A stretch of 64,000 nucleotides of DNA from a virus (lineage: Duplodnaviria > Heunggongvirae > Uroviricota > Caudoviricetes). The stretch lies in the IMG/VR virus record IMGVR_UViG_3300027963_000050. One strand, written 5' to 3'. Position numbers and translations under genes: made by a program. Shown one piece after another: positions 54,181 through 63,166 of the stretch; the stretch's first letter is position 1; every line of letters starts with the position of its first letter. The notes beneath the pieces are model-generated. The model was not told where the DNA came from. It ran no database searches and worked only from the letters and a program-made list of their open reading frames with translations.

Positions 54181-54459
54181 AAAGTGTTCTTTAATAATTA
54201 ACACACCATCGTCAATGTCTTCATAATCTCTATCCGGAGCAAATAAGAAACTTTTTTCATTATCCTTATCCGGATTCTCAATAATCATAAATGCCGGTAC
54301 AAAATCGTTTTGAGTTACCTCAACAAACATTTCATACTCATCATTATGTTCAAAGATATCTCTCTCAAGAAAATCAATATTAGACTCTTTTAATTTATCT
54401 TTCATTTGAACACAATACGGACAACCATCCATTGTGAAGATAAACAATAACTTATCCAT
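54172..54459 (-). CDS. glutaredoxin/NrdH-like redoxin
   Basis: FTMDGCPYCVQMKDKL: CPYC active site in a glutaredoxin-like N-terminal context. Confidence 0.6.
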   Translation of the reverse strand: MDKLLFIFTMDGCPYCVQMKDKLKESNIDFLERDIFEHNDEYEMFVEVTQNDFVPAFMIIENPDKDNEKSFLFAPDRDYEDIDDGVLIIKEHFKK

Positions 54460-54775
54460 TGATTAGGTTAGTTACCAATTGTTTAATTTGACCTTCCATT
54501 TGCATTCCCGGCTGAGAATACACTTCTTTACCATCAGAAAATGATTTAACTGTTGGGATTGCTCTAATACCTAACTGAGACGCAAATTCTTTATTCTCTT
54601 CAACATTCAAAGTGAATAATTGAACCTCTGAATTTTCTTTTCTATACTCCTCTGAAACTTTTTCAAAAGCCGGTTTCATAACTTTACAAGGTCCGCACCA
54701 CGGAGCCCAAAAGTCTACCACTAATTTTTCCCCATTGTTAATTTTTTCCTGTAATAATTCTTGTGTAATTTCCAT
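54452..54775 (-). CDS. trxA: thioredoxin
   Basis: VVDFWAPWCGPCKVMKP canonical WCGPC motif. 107 aa. Confidence 0.9.
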   Translation of the reverse strand: MEITQELLQEKINNGEKLVVDFWAPWCGPCKVMKPAFEKVSEEYRKENSEVQLFTLNVEENKEFASQLGIRAIPTVKSFSDGKEVYSQPGMQMEGQIKQLVTNLING

Positions 54776-54777
54776 TC

Positions 54778-55098
54778 TTAATCTTTTTTTGTTAATCGTT
54801 TTATTTGTAGTAAAATATAATCTACCACGTTTTGTTTATCCACCTTTGTTAAAATAAATATCTTAGTCTCCGACTTTCGTAAAATTAAAATACCGGTAGA
54901 ATCATATTCATATAATCTATCATTATACACTATTTTGTGTTCATTATTCACAAAATAATTAAACCATAGTAAATGTGATTTATTTAAAAATTTGTCTGTA
55001 TCTTCGTTAGAAATTGTTGGATACACCTCTATAATACTAGGGTGAACTCCAAACCTTTCTTTAAAGGTATCTACGCAATGTTGTGGTATTTCTTTCAT
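54778..55098 (-). CDS. hypothetical protein
   Basis: Track ORF to 55146. The Met at 55096-55098 gives a TAA-N-ATG junction with 55100..56878. Confidence 0.45.
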   Translation of the reverse strand: MKEIPQHCVDTFKERFGVHPSIIEVYPTISNEDTDKFLNKSHLLWFNYFVNNEHKIVYNDRLYEYDSTGILILRKSETKIFILTKVDKQNVVDYILLQIKRLTKKD

Positions 55099-55099
55099 A

Positions 55100-56878
55100 T
55101 TATAATGGGAAAACATCATTATCATCCCAATTTTGAACTGGAACAATATTATAATTATACGAATTTAATTGCATAATTGAATCATTTTTCCAACATAATT
55201 GACGTTCAGTAGTGTCTTTTCCGGTTTTAGTTACAGAATATCTTATTACATCTTTTGACATCCAATCAGAGAACAATTCTCTTTTTTTGAACTCACCTTT
55301 AATCTGTAAGGTATCAAACAAATCCTCATATTGGTAAATTTTATTATCCAATTTGATTAATGCGTCATCCCAACTTTCATCCAATCTATCATTACGTTTA
55401 CCCAAAGTTTGATATCTTTCTAAATCAAACGTGTTATGTAGTGAAGGTAAAGTAATACGATATTCAATTGACGCTCTCTCTTCAGTTTCTCCTTGACCTC
55501 GTCTCATAGATATCAATAAGGAATCAATTCTTCTAACATATGTCTTAACACAATTAGATTGGAATGAGGACTCGTTGTTGTATCGTTTGGATGTTGTTAA
55601 CACCTCAGGATAATATGACCCATCTTTGGTTAAGATAACCTCATTTACTTTATCCACAAACTCTTGGTTGTAGATTCTAGTAAAGTCACCATTGGTGTAA
55701 TGGTTATATTTCTCCGACCAATCATAATGCTCTTGAACAAACTCATCGTGAGTTCTTGATGTCCATTTAACCGGTTCCATTTGGTCCAATAAACGATAAA
55801 ATCTAAAGTGGTCTTCAATTACATTACTGTTAACTAACCCTTTTTGACATAATTTATATATCTCAAAGAAATTGGAAAACTCTTTTTTTGTTAATAACCC
55901 TTTTCCAATATTATTATGAAATGTACTTTGTTTATTATGTTCCAATAATAATTGGACAAACTCATCCGATTGATTTAAAATAAACTTCTCACCAAATATT
56001 GAACAAGCGTTATTAAAATTAAGAACACCATCAAATGATTTAACGTTATGTAATACCCTCTTAACTTTATCCCCCTTTAAGTTATGAACCCTCATTAAAG
56101 CATCAATATACTTATACCCACACTTCACCAAATCTTTCTTCTTTGGTTGGGGATAGGTATTCATAAGTTCAAACCAATTGTTTGGAACTTTAATTCCTTG
56201 AGCATCCAAGTATCTTTTGTAGATTCTTTGTTCAGGAAGTAAGTCAGCATATAGTTCAGTTCCGGGAATGGCGTTAACAAAGGTTGAGATAACCTGATTA
56301 ACTATTGTTGGAATATCCACTTTATCTTTATCAACTATTGAGTTGAATGATTCTCTCAAGTATCGTCTCATATTATTGATAGGGTCATTATTAAAAAGGA
56401 CTCTTCTAATATTTTTACGACATTTTCTCTTCAAATGGTAGTTGTCTAATGAACCGGTATATAACGCATTTGTTTTATAGTTGAATGTAATAAACTTACA
56501 ATTAGTACTTAATCTAAACCATTTACCCGCAACACGTCTTGTTTTACTATAATTGAATACCTTGAAAGAAACTTTATCATTTTCTTTAGTCACACAGATA
56601 ATCACCCTATTCAAATATAATTGAGCAAGTGGGTTCCCGTAATGTTCTACAAATTTTTCTTCTGTATCGTAATCCGCATTAAAAGTATAGTCACCCCAAG
56701 GCGTATAACTTGTATGCCTTCCTGAACTTAAACTAGTTTCAATCGTTCCCCAAAAATCATCCTCAACCTCTTTTTTAAGAGGACGAATAGGATTGGTATC
56801 CAAGTATTCAGACACTTGATACTTCTTTACGGTATAGTTAAATAATTCTTCTTTCATCAGGTTTATTTTGAACCACAA
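55100..56878 (-). CDS. large hypothetical protein (592 aa)
   Basis: Long ORF. No motif recognised by eye. Confidence 0.5.
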   Translation of the reverse strand: MWFKINLMKEELFNYTVKKYQVSEYLDTNPIRPLKKEVEDDFWGTIETSLSSGRHTSYTPWGDYTFNADYDTEEKFVEHYGNPLAQLYLNRVIICVTKENDKVSFKVFNYSKTRRVAGKWFRLSTNCKFITFNYKTNALYTGSLDNYHLKRKCRKNIRRVLFNNDPINNMRRYLRESFNSIVDKDKVDIPTIVNQVISTFVNAIPGTELYADLLPEQRIYKRYLDAQGIKVPNNWFELMNTYPQPKKKDLVKCGYKYIDALMRVHNLKGDKVKRVLHNVKSFDGVLNFNNACSIFGEKFILNQSDEFVQLLLEHNKQSTFHNNIGKGLLTKKEFSNFFEIYKLCQKGLVNSNVIEDHFRFYRLLDQMEPVKWTSRTHDEFVQEHYDWSEKYNHYTNGDFTRIYNQEFVDKVNEVILTKDGSYYPEVLTTSKRYNNESSFQSNCVKTYVRRIDSLLISMRRGQGETEERASIEYRITLPSLHNTFDLERYQTLGKRNDRLDESWDDALIKLDNKIYQYEDLFDTLQIKGEFKKRELFSDWMSKDVIRYSVTKTGKDTTERQLCWKNDSIMQLNSYNYNIVPVQNWDDNDVFPL

Positions 56879-56907
56879 AAGTAAGACATTAAATTTGAAT
56901 ATACAAA

Positions 56908-57198
56908 TTAATTAAGGGAAAAATGAGCAAATTGTGTGTGATAAATTATGGACTTAATCTTATCCATATCAACCTCATCGTTCTGAGATTGTTTAAGAGC
57001 CACAACAATAGATATAATTTGTTTTTGGGTTAAGGAAACATCCTCTCCGTTCTCAATATTATCTAATGATTGTTGTTTTACTCTGTCGTAGAAGTCATCC
57101 TTTAAAACATCCCCAATTAACTCAAGTAAGTCATTGGGGTTGTTGTTAAAGAAAGTTATAAATTGATTAATGTAGATTTCAACGTCAACATTTTTCAT
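56908..57198 (-). CDS. hypothetical protein (96 aa)
   Basis: ORF. Confidence 0.5.
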   Translation of the reverse strand: MKNVDVEIYINQFITFFNNNPNDLLELIGDVLKDDFYDRVKQQSLDNIENGEDVSLTQKQIISIVVALKQSQNDEVDMDKIKSIIYHTQFAHFSLN

Positions 57199-57220
57199 TT
57201 TTGTAGTTTTTTAGTTAATA

Positions 57221-58579
57221 CTAATTTAAATAATAGAATCCCATACCTTCATCATCAAGTCTATCTCGTAAACCTTGTGGTATATTAATGTTTGGATTAA
57301 CATCTTTTAAGTTAATAAACGCAAGATTTGGTAATTCTTTAATACATTCAGGTAAAGATTGTAAATCTTTATTACCCGGAAGAGCTAAGAAATTCAAATC
57401 TTTTAACTGACAAATTGTATCAGGTAATGTTTTTGCAATGTTTTGTAACATTAACGCTTCTAAGTTTTTAAATCTACCAATAGATGTTGGAACCTCTAAC
57501 GCAATTCTTTCTTGACTCTTATTATTGATTAACAATTTAGTAATTGTATCAGGTAAAGACTCAAATAATTCATCAAAACCATATAGAGCAATGAATTTAC
57601 CTGAAGCACTATCCGGATAGTTAATCTCAACAATATCACCACCACCACTTGTTAAACCTTTAGCAAATTGAGGTTTAAAATATTCCTTAAGTTCCGCACC
57701 TCTACCATTTAAGAACTCTACTAAATTAATTCCTCTATCTCTTCTGTCCATATATTGATTAGATGGGAAGTGGAATTGATATCTTTCTTTAGGTAACCCT
57801 GTTTTTTTACCAAACTCTGTTGAACTATTAGGTAGTATTACATAATACGGACCATCTTTGATATAGTGACTAAAATAGGTACCATCAAGTTTTGATGTAC
57901 ACCAATTAGTTTCATCATTCTCATCTCTAGTATCATAATAACCACCAAAATAAGCACCAGCGTTTTTACCTTCGTCATTATTTTCAGTAATTTTTACAAT
58001 TGTCCAATCAGGTGTAACAATTTCAATATTTGAACCGGGATATTGATATGGATTTTCTTTTGTAATTCTTTCTTCTTTAGATGATTTAGAATCTTTAGAT
58101 AATTTAAATTCATCAACAGCTAAAGATAATGTTGCCGGTGTATATTTTGCAATATCTCTTTCACCTTCAGGTAATCTACCTTTAAATCTTTCAAATTTTA
58201 ATAAATCAACATTTATTTTATCCATATCTTCTATGAATAAACGTCTATATTCTTGAGCCGCTCTCTTATATTCAGGTGTACCCACCTCATATTCCAATTT
58301 AGGTTGAACAAAGTTTCTCAACATCCATTGAACATATTTACCAACTTTAACTTTTGACATTTCTTCAAAAGTTGCACCTTCTTTATTAAACCCTTGAGGA
58401 GCTTTAGTATCAGGGTCTCCAAATATTATATTTTTTAATGTGTCAAAATCCATAATACCTTTTACCGGTCTTCCTGTCTCACTCTTTGCTTTTGGGTTTG
58501 GTTTAACAAACTTGTCGTAAAATAATTGTAAACGTGCGTTTTCAGTTATTAAATTAGATAGTAATGATGTAATTTTCAT
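57221..58579 (-). CDS. protein with C-terminal leucine-rich repeats
   Basis: C-terminal LPDTITKLLINNKS..LEALMLQNIAKTLPDTICQLKDLNFLALPGNKDLQSLPECIKELPNLAFINL has an LxxLxLxxN-type periodicity. Confidence 0.5.
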   Translation of the reverse strand: MKITSLLSNLITENARLQLFYDKFVKPNPKAKSETGRPVKGIMDFDTLKNIIFGDPDTKAPQGFNKEGATFEEMSKVKVGKYVQWMLRNFVQPKLEYEVGTPEYKRAAQEYRRLFIEDMDKINVDLLKFERFKGRLPEGERDIAKYTPATLSLAVDEFKLSKDSKSSKEERITKENPYQYPGSNIEIVTPDWTIVKITENNDEGKNAGAYFGGYYDTRDENDETNWCTSKLDGTYFSHYIKDGPYYVILPNSSTEFGKKTGLPKERYQFHFPSNQYMDRRDRGINLVEFLNGRGAELKEYFKPQFAKGLTSGGGDIVEINYPDSASGKFIALYGFDELFESLPDTITKLLINNKSQERIALEVPTSIGRFKNLEALMLQNIAKTLPDTICQLKDLNFLALPGNKDLQSLPECIKELPNLAFINLKDVNPNINIPQGLRDRLDDEGMGFYYLN

Positions 58580-58675
58580 TTTAATTGTTTTAATTATAAA
58601 TATTCGTTTTTTGTAAATAATTCGCTAAACTTTATTCAAGAGTACAAAGATAATACTAATTATCAACAATCCAAA

Positions 58676-59524
58676 TTATTTTTGATAATTCATAATTAAA
58701 AGTTCTTCACCCATATTTTGAGCTTTACCCTTCTTAGCCGCAGCCGCCTTAGCAAATTCTTTCTTCTCCCACACATATTGAAGTTGTGGGAACCAAGTGT
58801 GTAATTGTGGAAAATCATAATACGATAATGAGAACTTACCTTGAATACCTTTTAAACAATCCGCCAATCTCTCGTGGTCCGTACTATCAAAGTCGTGGTT
58901 GTTGTAATAATTCTCAGTCTTCCAATATGGGGGGTCAGCATAAACATATGTAGATGGACCATCATACTTTTGAATAACCTCTTCAAAGTCCATATTCTCC
59001 ACCTTAGTAACCTTTAAGAAGTGTTCCACCCAATCAGGTTTAGATAACTTATCTCGGAATGTAAGATACTTTGATTTATATTTCCCTTTCAAATCTATAA
59101 ATGAACTTGTTTCCGGTTTAGACCCCGAAAATACCTGAGCCAATACATATGCGTATTTTGCAGCAACAACGTAATCGTAAGGTTGTACGCTGAAATTCTC
59201 GGCAAATATTTCAGCTTGGAAGCTGATGAATTGTTCTTTATAGATATCCGGTGTCGGAAACTCATTTCTTTGCTGACAAGGAATATTATTCACTTCTTCT
59301 AATAATCTCTCAGGATTCTGAAGACACTGAAATAAATTGTAGTTAAGCGGATTGAAGTCGTTATAAACAACTTCTTTTAAATTGGGGTACTTGGTTAAGT
59401 CCATATTAAAGAATACCCAAAACATCCCTGAGAATGGTTCTACGTATGTTTCAATGTCGTTAGGTATGAATGGAACAATCCATTTACCTATTTTAGATTT
59501 ACCCCCGATGTATGATAATGCCAT
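58676..59524 (-). CDS. dam: Dam-family (D12 class) N6-adenine DNA methyltransferase
   Basis: Start at the internal MALSYIGGKSKIGKWI (Dam N-terminal motif). Catalytic YADPPYW. Confidence 0.8.
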   Translation of the reverse strand: MALSYIGGKSKIGKWIVPFIPNDIETYVEPFSGMFWVFFNMDLTKYPNLKEVVYNDFNPLNYNLFQCLQNPERLLEEVNNIPCQQRNEFPTPDIYKEQFISFQAEIFAENFSVQPYDYVVAAKYAYVLAQVFSGSKPETSSFIDLKGKYKSKYLTFRDKLSKPDWVEHFLKVTKVENMDFEEVIQKYDGPSTYVYADPPYWKTENYYNNHDFDSTDHERLADCLKGIQGKFSLSYYDFPQLHTWFPQLQYVWEKKEFAKAAAAKKGKAQNMGEELLIMNYQK

Positions 59525-59622
59525 AATTTCTTTTTTATAAAGTATAAGAAATAAAAAGTGAAAAAGCAACTTTCTCTTTCAAATATTTTTAACTATATTT
59601 ATTTTAAATTAAATTTATAACT

Positions 59623-59850
59623 ATGGAAACTGTAGAAGGAGAAATCATTGACGTAACGGAAATAAACAAAAACGTTGTACCTGAACCCCCTAAAAAAAAT
59701 TGTAAAACTTGTAAACAAGGTAAAGAAGCTGTATCGTCTGTTAGACAAACTCAAAAAATACTAGTATTCGCATCTCTTTATTTTTTATTTGCCGGTATAT
59801 ATGGTACAATAAAATTGATTAAGGATATTCTACATTATTTTGGATATTAA
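59623..59850 (+). CDS. small C-terminally membrane-anchored protein (75 aa)
   Basis: ORF with a CKTCKQGK segment and a C-terminal hydrophobic helix. Confidence 0.4.
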   Translation: METVEGEIIDVTEINKNVVPEPPKKNCKTCKQGKEAVSSVRQTQKILVFASLYFLFAGIYGTIKLIKDILHYFGY

Positions 59851-60770
59851 GTTCTATTGAATTTAATAAATTGATTAATATACATATCCCCGTTATTAAA
59901 CCCTTTAGATTTTACTCTAAGGGGTTTTGAACTATCAAACTGACTTGGTAACTTTACTGAAATATTCCCTTTAGGGTGTGGGACCTCTAACATCTCTTTA
60001 TATAAGTCACTTAAATTAAAGTAGGCGTTATAAATCAAATCATCCCCATTTTTTTCAAAGTTATTTTCAGGTTGAACTTTAACACGTAAAACTAAATTAC
60101 CGTACATACCATCTTTCCAATCACCTTTATTTTGAAGTCTTAAAAATTGTCCGTCATCAATTCCGTGTGGTAATTTAATTGTAATACTATCCACTGAACT
60201 TTTAGTACCCTCACCACTACATCCTCCACATATTTTTGTAAAATTGAATCCTCTACCACTACAAGAGTGACAAGGTTGTCTGAATACCTGACTAAACATT
60301 CCCGTACCCATTCTTTGAACAATAAATCCGGAACCACTACAGATAGAACAATTTGTTTTATCTCCACCGGTACCACTACAATCCCCACACATATGTTTTC
60401 TTGAGTAGTTTATTGTTTTATCTTTAGCGTTATAACTCTCAAACACTCCAACATTAACATCAACTATCTTATCCGGAACCGCACGTTTTCTTTGTTGAGC
60501 TCCGTTGAACATATCCCCAAAAGGATTAAATCCACCACTAAATGGGTCAAACCCACCTCCCCCACCAAATGGATTAGAACGTTGATTATCGTATTGACTT
60601 CGTTTATTTTCGTCACCTACCGTATCATAAGCTTCAGAAATCTTTTTAAATTTATTTTCATCACCACCTTTATCCGGATGATGTTCTACCGCCAATTTTC
60701 TATAGGCTTTCTTTATCTCATCTTGAGTCGCGTTTTCATTAACACCTAATGTTTGATAAAAATTTTCCAT
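59847..60770 (-). CDS. dnaJ: DnaJ/Hsp40 co-chaperone (type I: J-domain, G/F region, 4x CxxCxGxG zinc finger)
   Basis: YQTLGV...AYRKLAVEHHPDKGG (HPD). FGGGGGFDPFSGGFNPFG. CGDCSGTG/CSICSGSG/CHSCSGRG/CGGCSGEG. Confidence 0.9.
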   Translation of the reverse strand: MENFYQTLGVNENATQDEIKKAYRKLAVEHHPDKGGDENKFKKISEAYDTVGDENKRSQYDNQRSNPFGGGGGFDPFSGGFNPFGDMFNGAQQRKRAVPDKIVDVNVGVFESYNAKDKTINYSRKHMCGDCSGTGGDKTNCSICSGSGFIVQRMGTGMFSQVFRQPCHSCSGRGFNFTKICGGCSGEGTKSSVDSITIKLPHGIDDGQFLRLQNKGDWKDGMYGNLVLRVKVQPENNFEKNGDDLIYNAYFNLSDLYKEMLEVPHPKGNISVKLPSQFDSSKPLRVKSKGFNNGDMYINQFIKFNRT

Positions 60771-60810
60771 ACTTGTTTACTTATATTTAATATAAAACTA
60801 ATTTTTTATT

Positions 60811-61452
60811 ATGAACTATCTAATAGTATTATTCAAAAATAAGATAAAAAAGAAAATAATAAATAAATTTATAACTCATAAAAAGGCAAATGAGTATTAT
60901 AAAAATTTGTTAATGGAAAGTGATTCCGTAATATTTGAACGGGAATATGAAAATGGTTATCTATGTAGTTATGAACTAGCAATATTAGAAAAAACGTCAG
61001 GTAGTTTTTTACCTATTTTTTTAAAAGATGAATTAGGTAGAAAGATTAAAGTTAACTTAGATGACGACGATTACACTATTAATCTAATATCAAAATATAA
61101 AACAGAAGAATTAATATTAGACACGACCACAAATAAAAAAATAAACTCAAAAGAGTTTATTAAATTATATTTAAGTGGTTCCGGACTTAAATTAGTATCT
61201 AAATTGAATAATAAAGTTGTTGTTCAAAATGATAACACCTTTAATTTATTTACCTTAAAGAATGATAACGACTCAAATAGATTTATTGATTCAATCTCTA
61301 ATTATTTTATAGAACAAAAAAGGTCTGATTGTATTTTTGTTAAAGACTATTCAACCACACAAAGAAAATATTTATACAATCTTTTAATTGATAACGGATT
61401 CTCTAAGAGTTATCTTCAACGTCAGTCAACGACTCATCCAATAAAAACATAA
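60811..61452 (+). CDS. hypothetical protein (213 aa)
   Basis: ORF. Confidence 0.45.
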   Translation: MNYLIVLFKNKIKKKIINKFITHKKANEYYKNLLMESDSVIFEREYENGYLCSYELAILEKTSGSFLPIFLKDELGRKIKVNLDDDDYTINLISKYKTEELILDTTTNKKINSKEFIKLYLSGSGLKLVSKLNNKVVVQNDNTFNLFTLKNDNDSNRFIDSISNYFIEQKRSDCIFVKDYSTTQRKYLYNLLIDNGFSKSYLQRQSTTHPIKT

Positions 61453-61654
61453 ATTCAACCCCCGACAAATCAATCTTAAATTGTTTATGAGAATGGTCAA
61501 TTGTTCTGAAATTTTTTTGAACTTTTTTAAACTCATCTAATTTTAATTCAAGGGCGACAGCGATAACACCATTAGGAAAGAGTTCCTCCAATCCATCCGC
61601 AATTAACGCTAATTTTTCTATAATCCCATCAATACTTTTTGTATTCTCTGCCAT
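61403..61654 (-). CDS. hypothetical protein (83 aa)
   Basis: ORF. Confidence 0.4.
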   Translation of the reverse strand: MAENTKSIDGIIEKLALIADGLEELFPNGVIAVALELKLDEFKKVQKNFRTIDHSHKQFKIDLSGVEFMFLLDESLTDVEDNS

Positions 61655-61818
61655 AACGTTATTTTTTTAGGTGGTTCAGGTGGTTTCGGTAGAATATCCT
61701 CCCTCGTTAATTTTTTTAACTCGTTTATTATTTTCTCTTTTTCGGATTGGAGTTGTATTTGACTCTTTAGTGAGTCATTTTTTAGGAGTTCCAACTCCTT
61801 CAAGACTTTCTTCTTCAT
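61618..61818 (-). CDS. hypothetical coiled-coil protein (66 aa)
   Basis: ORF. Confidence 0.35.
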   Translation of the reverse strand: MKKKVLKELELLKNDSLKSQIQLQSEKEKIINELKKLTREDILPKPPEPPKKITLWQRIQKVLMGL

Positions 61819-62233
61819 CTACTAATTCTATTTTACCGGTTTTTAATTCAAAATTAAGATTTTTTAAACTAGTCAAGTCTTGTCTCTCAAATATTGATTT
61901 AAGCTCCTCAACTTTGTTTTGGAATAATCTATCTTTTTCTTCTCTGTCGTGATTGTATTTAATAATATTCTTTAAATTCTCCGACATTTTCTCCACCGAC
62001 TCTTCATTTATTTCAGAAACAAACGAAAAGAATCTATGTCCATCAGCCTTACTTGTTTGTTCCATCACCTTATCTTCATCAACATATTTTTTAGGTAATT
62101 TCCAAGTAGTCGGAAAACTAAGGTCAAAACTTAAATAACTCTCTAATTTTCTAACCGATTGTAAATAAGGTAACAACGCAGAAAATTCTTTATATAAACT
62201 CATAATTAATTTTGTATTAAATAGGTTAAGCAA
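61775..62233 (-). CDS. hypothetical protein (152 aa)
   Basis: ORF. Confidence 0.45.
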   Translation of the reverse strand: MLNLFNTKLIMSLYKEFSALLPYLQSVRKLESYLSFDLSFPTTWKLPKKYVDEDKVMEQTSKADGHRFFSFVSEINEESVEKMSENLKNIIKYNHDREEKDRLFQNKVEELKSIFERQDLTSLKNLNFELKTGKIELVDEEESLEGVGTPKK

Positions 62234-62394
62234 TACGTTATTGCTAATCCAAGATATATAAGTTCCCCTCTATACCATTCAAATTTCTTTGGTGGGTTAG
62301 AAAATAGGGAACTCATTATCCTAGCAACCGTTCTCAAAACGGTCAGTAGTGAAAAAATGAATACAAATAAAAATATTGTATTAATATTATTCAT
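62206..62394 (-). CDS. small membrane protein (62 aa)
   Basis: Two hydrophobic segments. Confidence 0.35.
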   Translation of the reverse strand: MNNINTIFLFVFIFSLLTVLRTVARIMSSLFSNPPKKFEWYRGELIYLGLAITYCLTYLIQN

Positions 62395-62397
62395 TAC

Positions 62398-62574
62398 TCG
62401 TCTCCTTTTCTTTCTGCTAAAATCTCTTTTCTAAGACTATCCAATAATTTTTTCAATTCTTGTGCAGATTTTCTAGCTCTTGTACCGGCACTTTTATTTC
62501 CGGCAAAGAATTTAGATGTGTCAACTGATAATTCCTCAGTTAAAGACTTAATTTGTTCTAATGTTTCCATTTTA
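62398..62574 (-). CDS. Hc1-like histone H1-type DNA-binding protein (58 aa)
   Basis: METLEQIKSLTEELSVDTSKFFAGNKSAGTRARKSAQELKKLLDSLRKEILAERKGDE. The ..GNK.A..R.R..S..L.K.....RKE.. pattern matches the N-terminal domain of Hc1/HctA-type bacterial histone-like proteins. Below the track cut-off. Confidence 0.4.
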
Positions 62575-62651
62575 AATTTAGTTTAATAATTTATTTTATT
62601 ATGTAAAAAATAATTTTTTTTATGTTATAGTAAACACTATAGGGGTTTTTT

Positions 62652-63119
62652 TTACTTTTTAACATTTTTATCTAACACTTTATATATAGTTGATACCATA
62701 TCAATGTCTGATTTTGTAAAGGATTTTTTAACGTTGAATAGTTCTTTAAAGAATTTACCGATGGAACTTCTAACCTTTTCGTTCTTTTGATGATAAAAAA
62801 CTTCCGTAAAGAACTCATAAAAATAATCGTAATGTTCCCCGTTATTTTGAAAATTAATACCTTCTTGTTTGAAATTACTAATTATCTTACCCCAACACCA
62901 TTCAAAATGTTTTTTATTGTCGTTTTCCGTTAAGATAATTTTAGTTTCATTAGGCAAGTCATTTTCACCTAAATAAGTTTCTAAAATTAAAATATTAAGT
63001 GAATGGGCAAAATCAAAGTATAATTCCATTTTTTCAGGAATCATATTATTCACCCGGAACCAAACGTCAACGTCTTCCGGTGTTAAAGGTTTTGATATGT
63101 AGTTAAAAAAATTCTCCAT
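62652..63119 (-). CDS. hypothetical protein (155 aa)
   Basis: ORF. Confidence 0.5.
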   Translation of the reverse strand: MENFFNYISKPLTPEDVDVWFRVNNMIPEKMELYFDFAHSLNILILETYLGENDLPNETKIILTENDNKKHFEWCWGKIISNFKQEGINFQNNGEHYDYFYEFFTEVFYHQKNEKVRSSIGKFFKELFNVKKSFTKSDIDMVSTIYKVLDKNVKK

Positions 63120-63166
63120 AGAGTTCGTCTATGGAGAAATTATAAGTTATATTATGTGTTTGTAAA

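Noticed and set aside
55100-56878. Attempt to assign the 592-aa protein to a polymerase/primase/ligase family
   Set aside because: I could not find DxD, KxDG, Walker or PD-(D/E)xK motifs by eye in a convincing arrangement. Left as hypothetical. Needs profile search.
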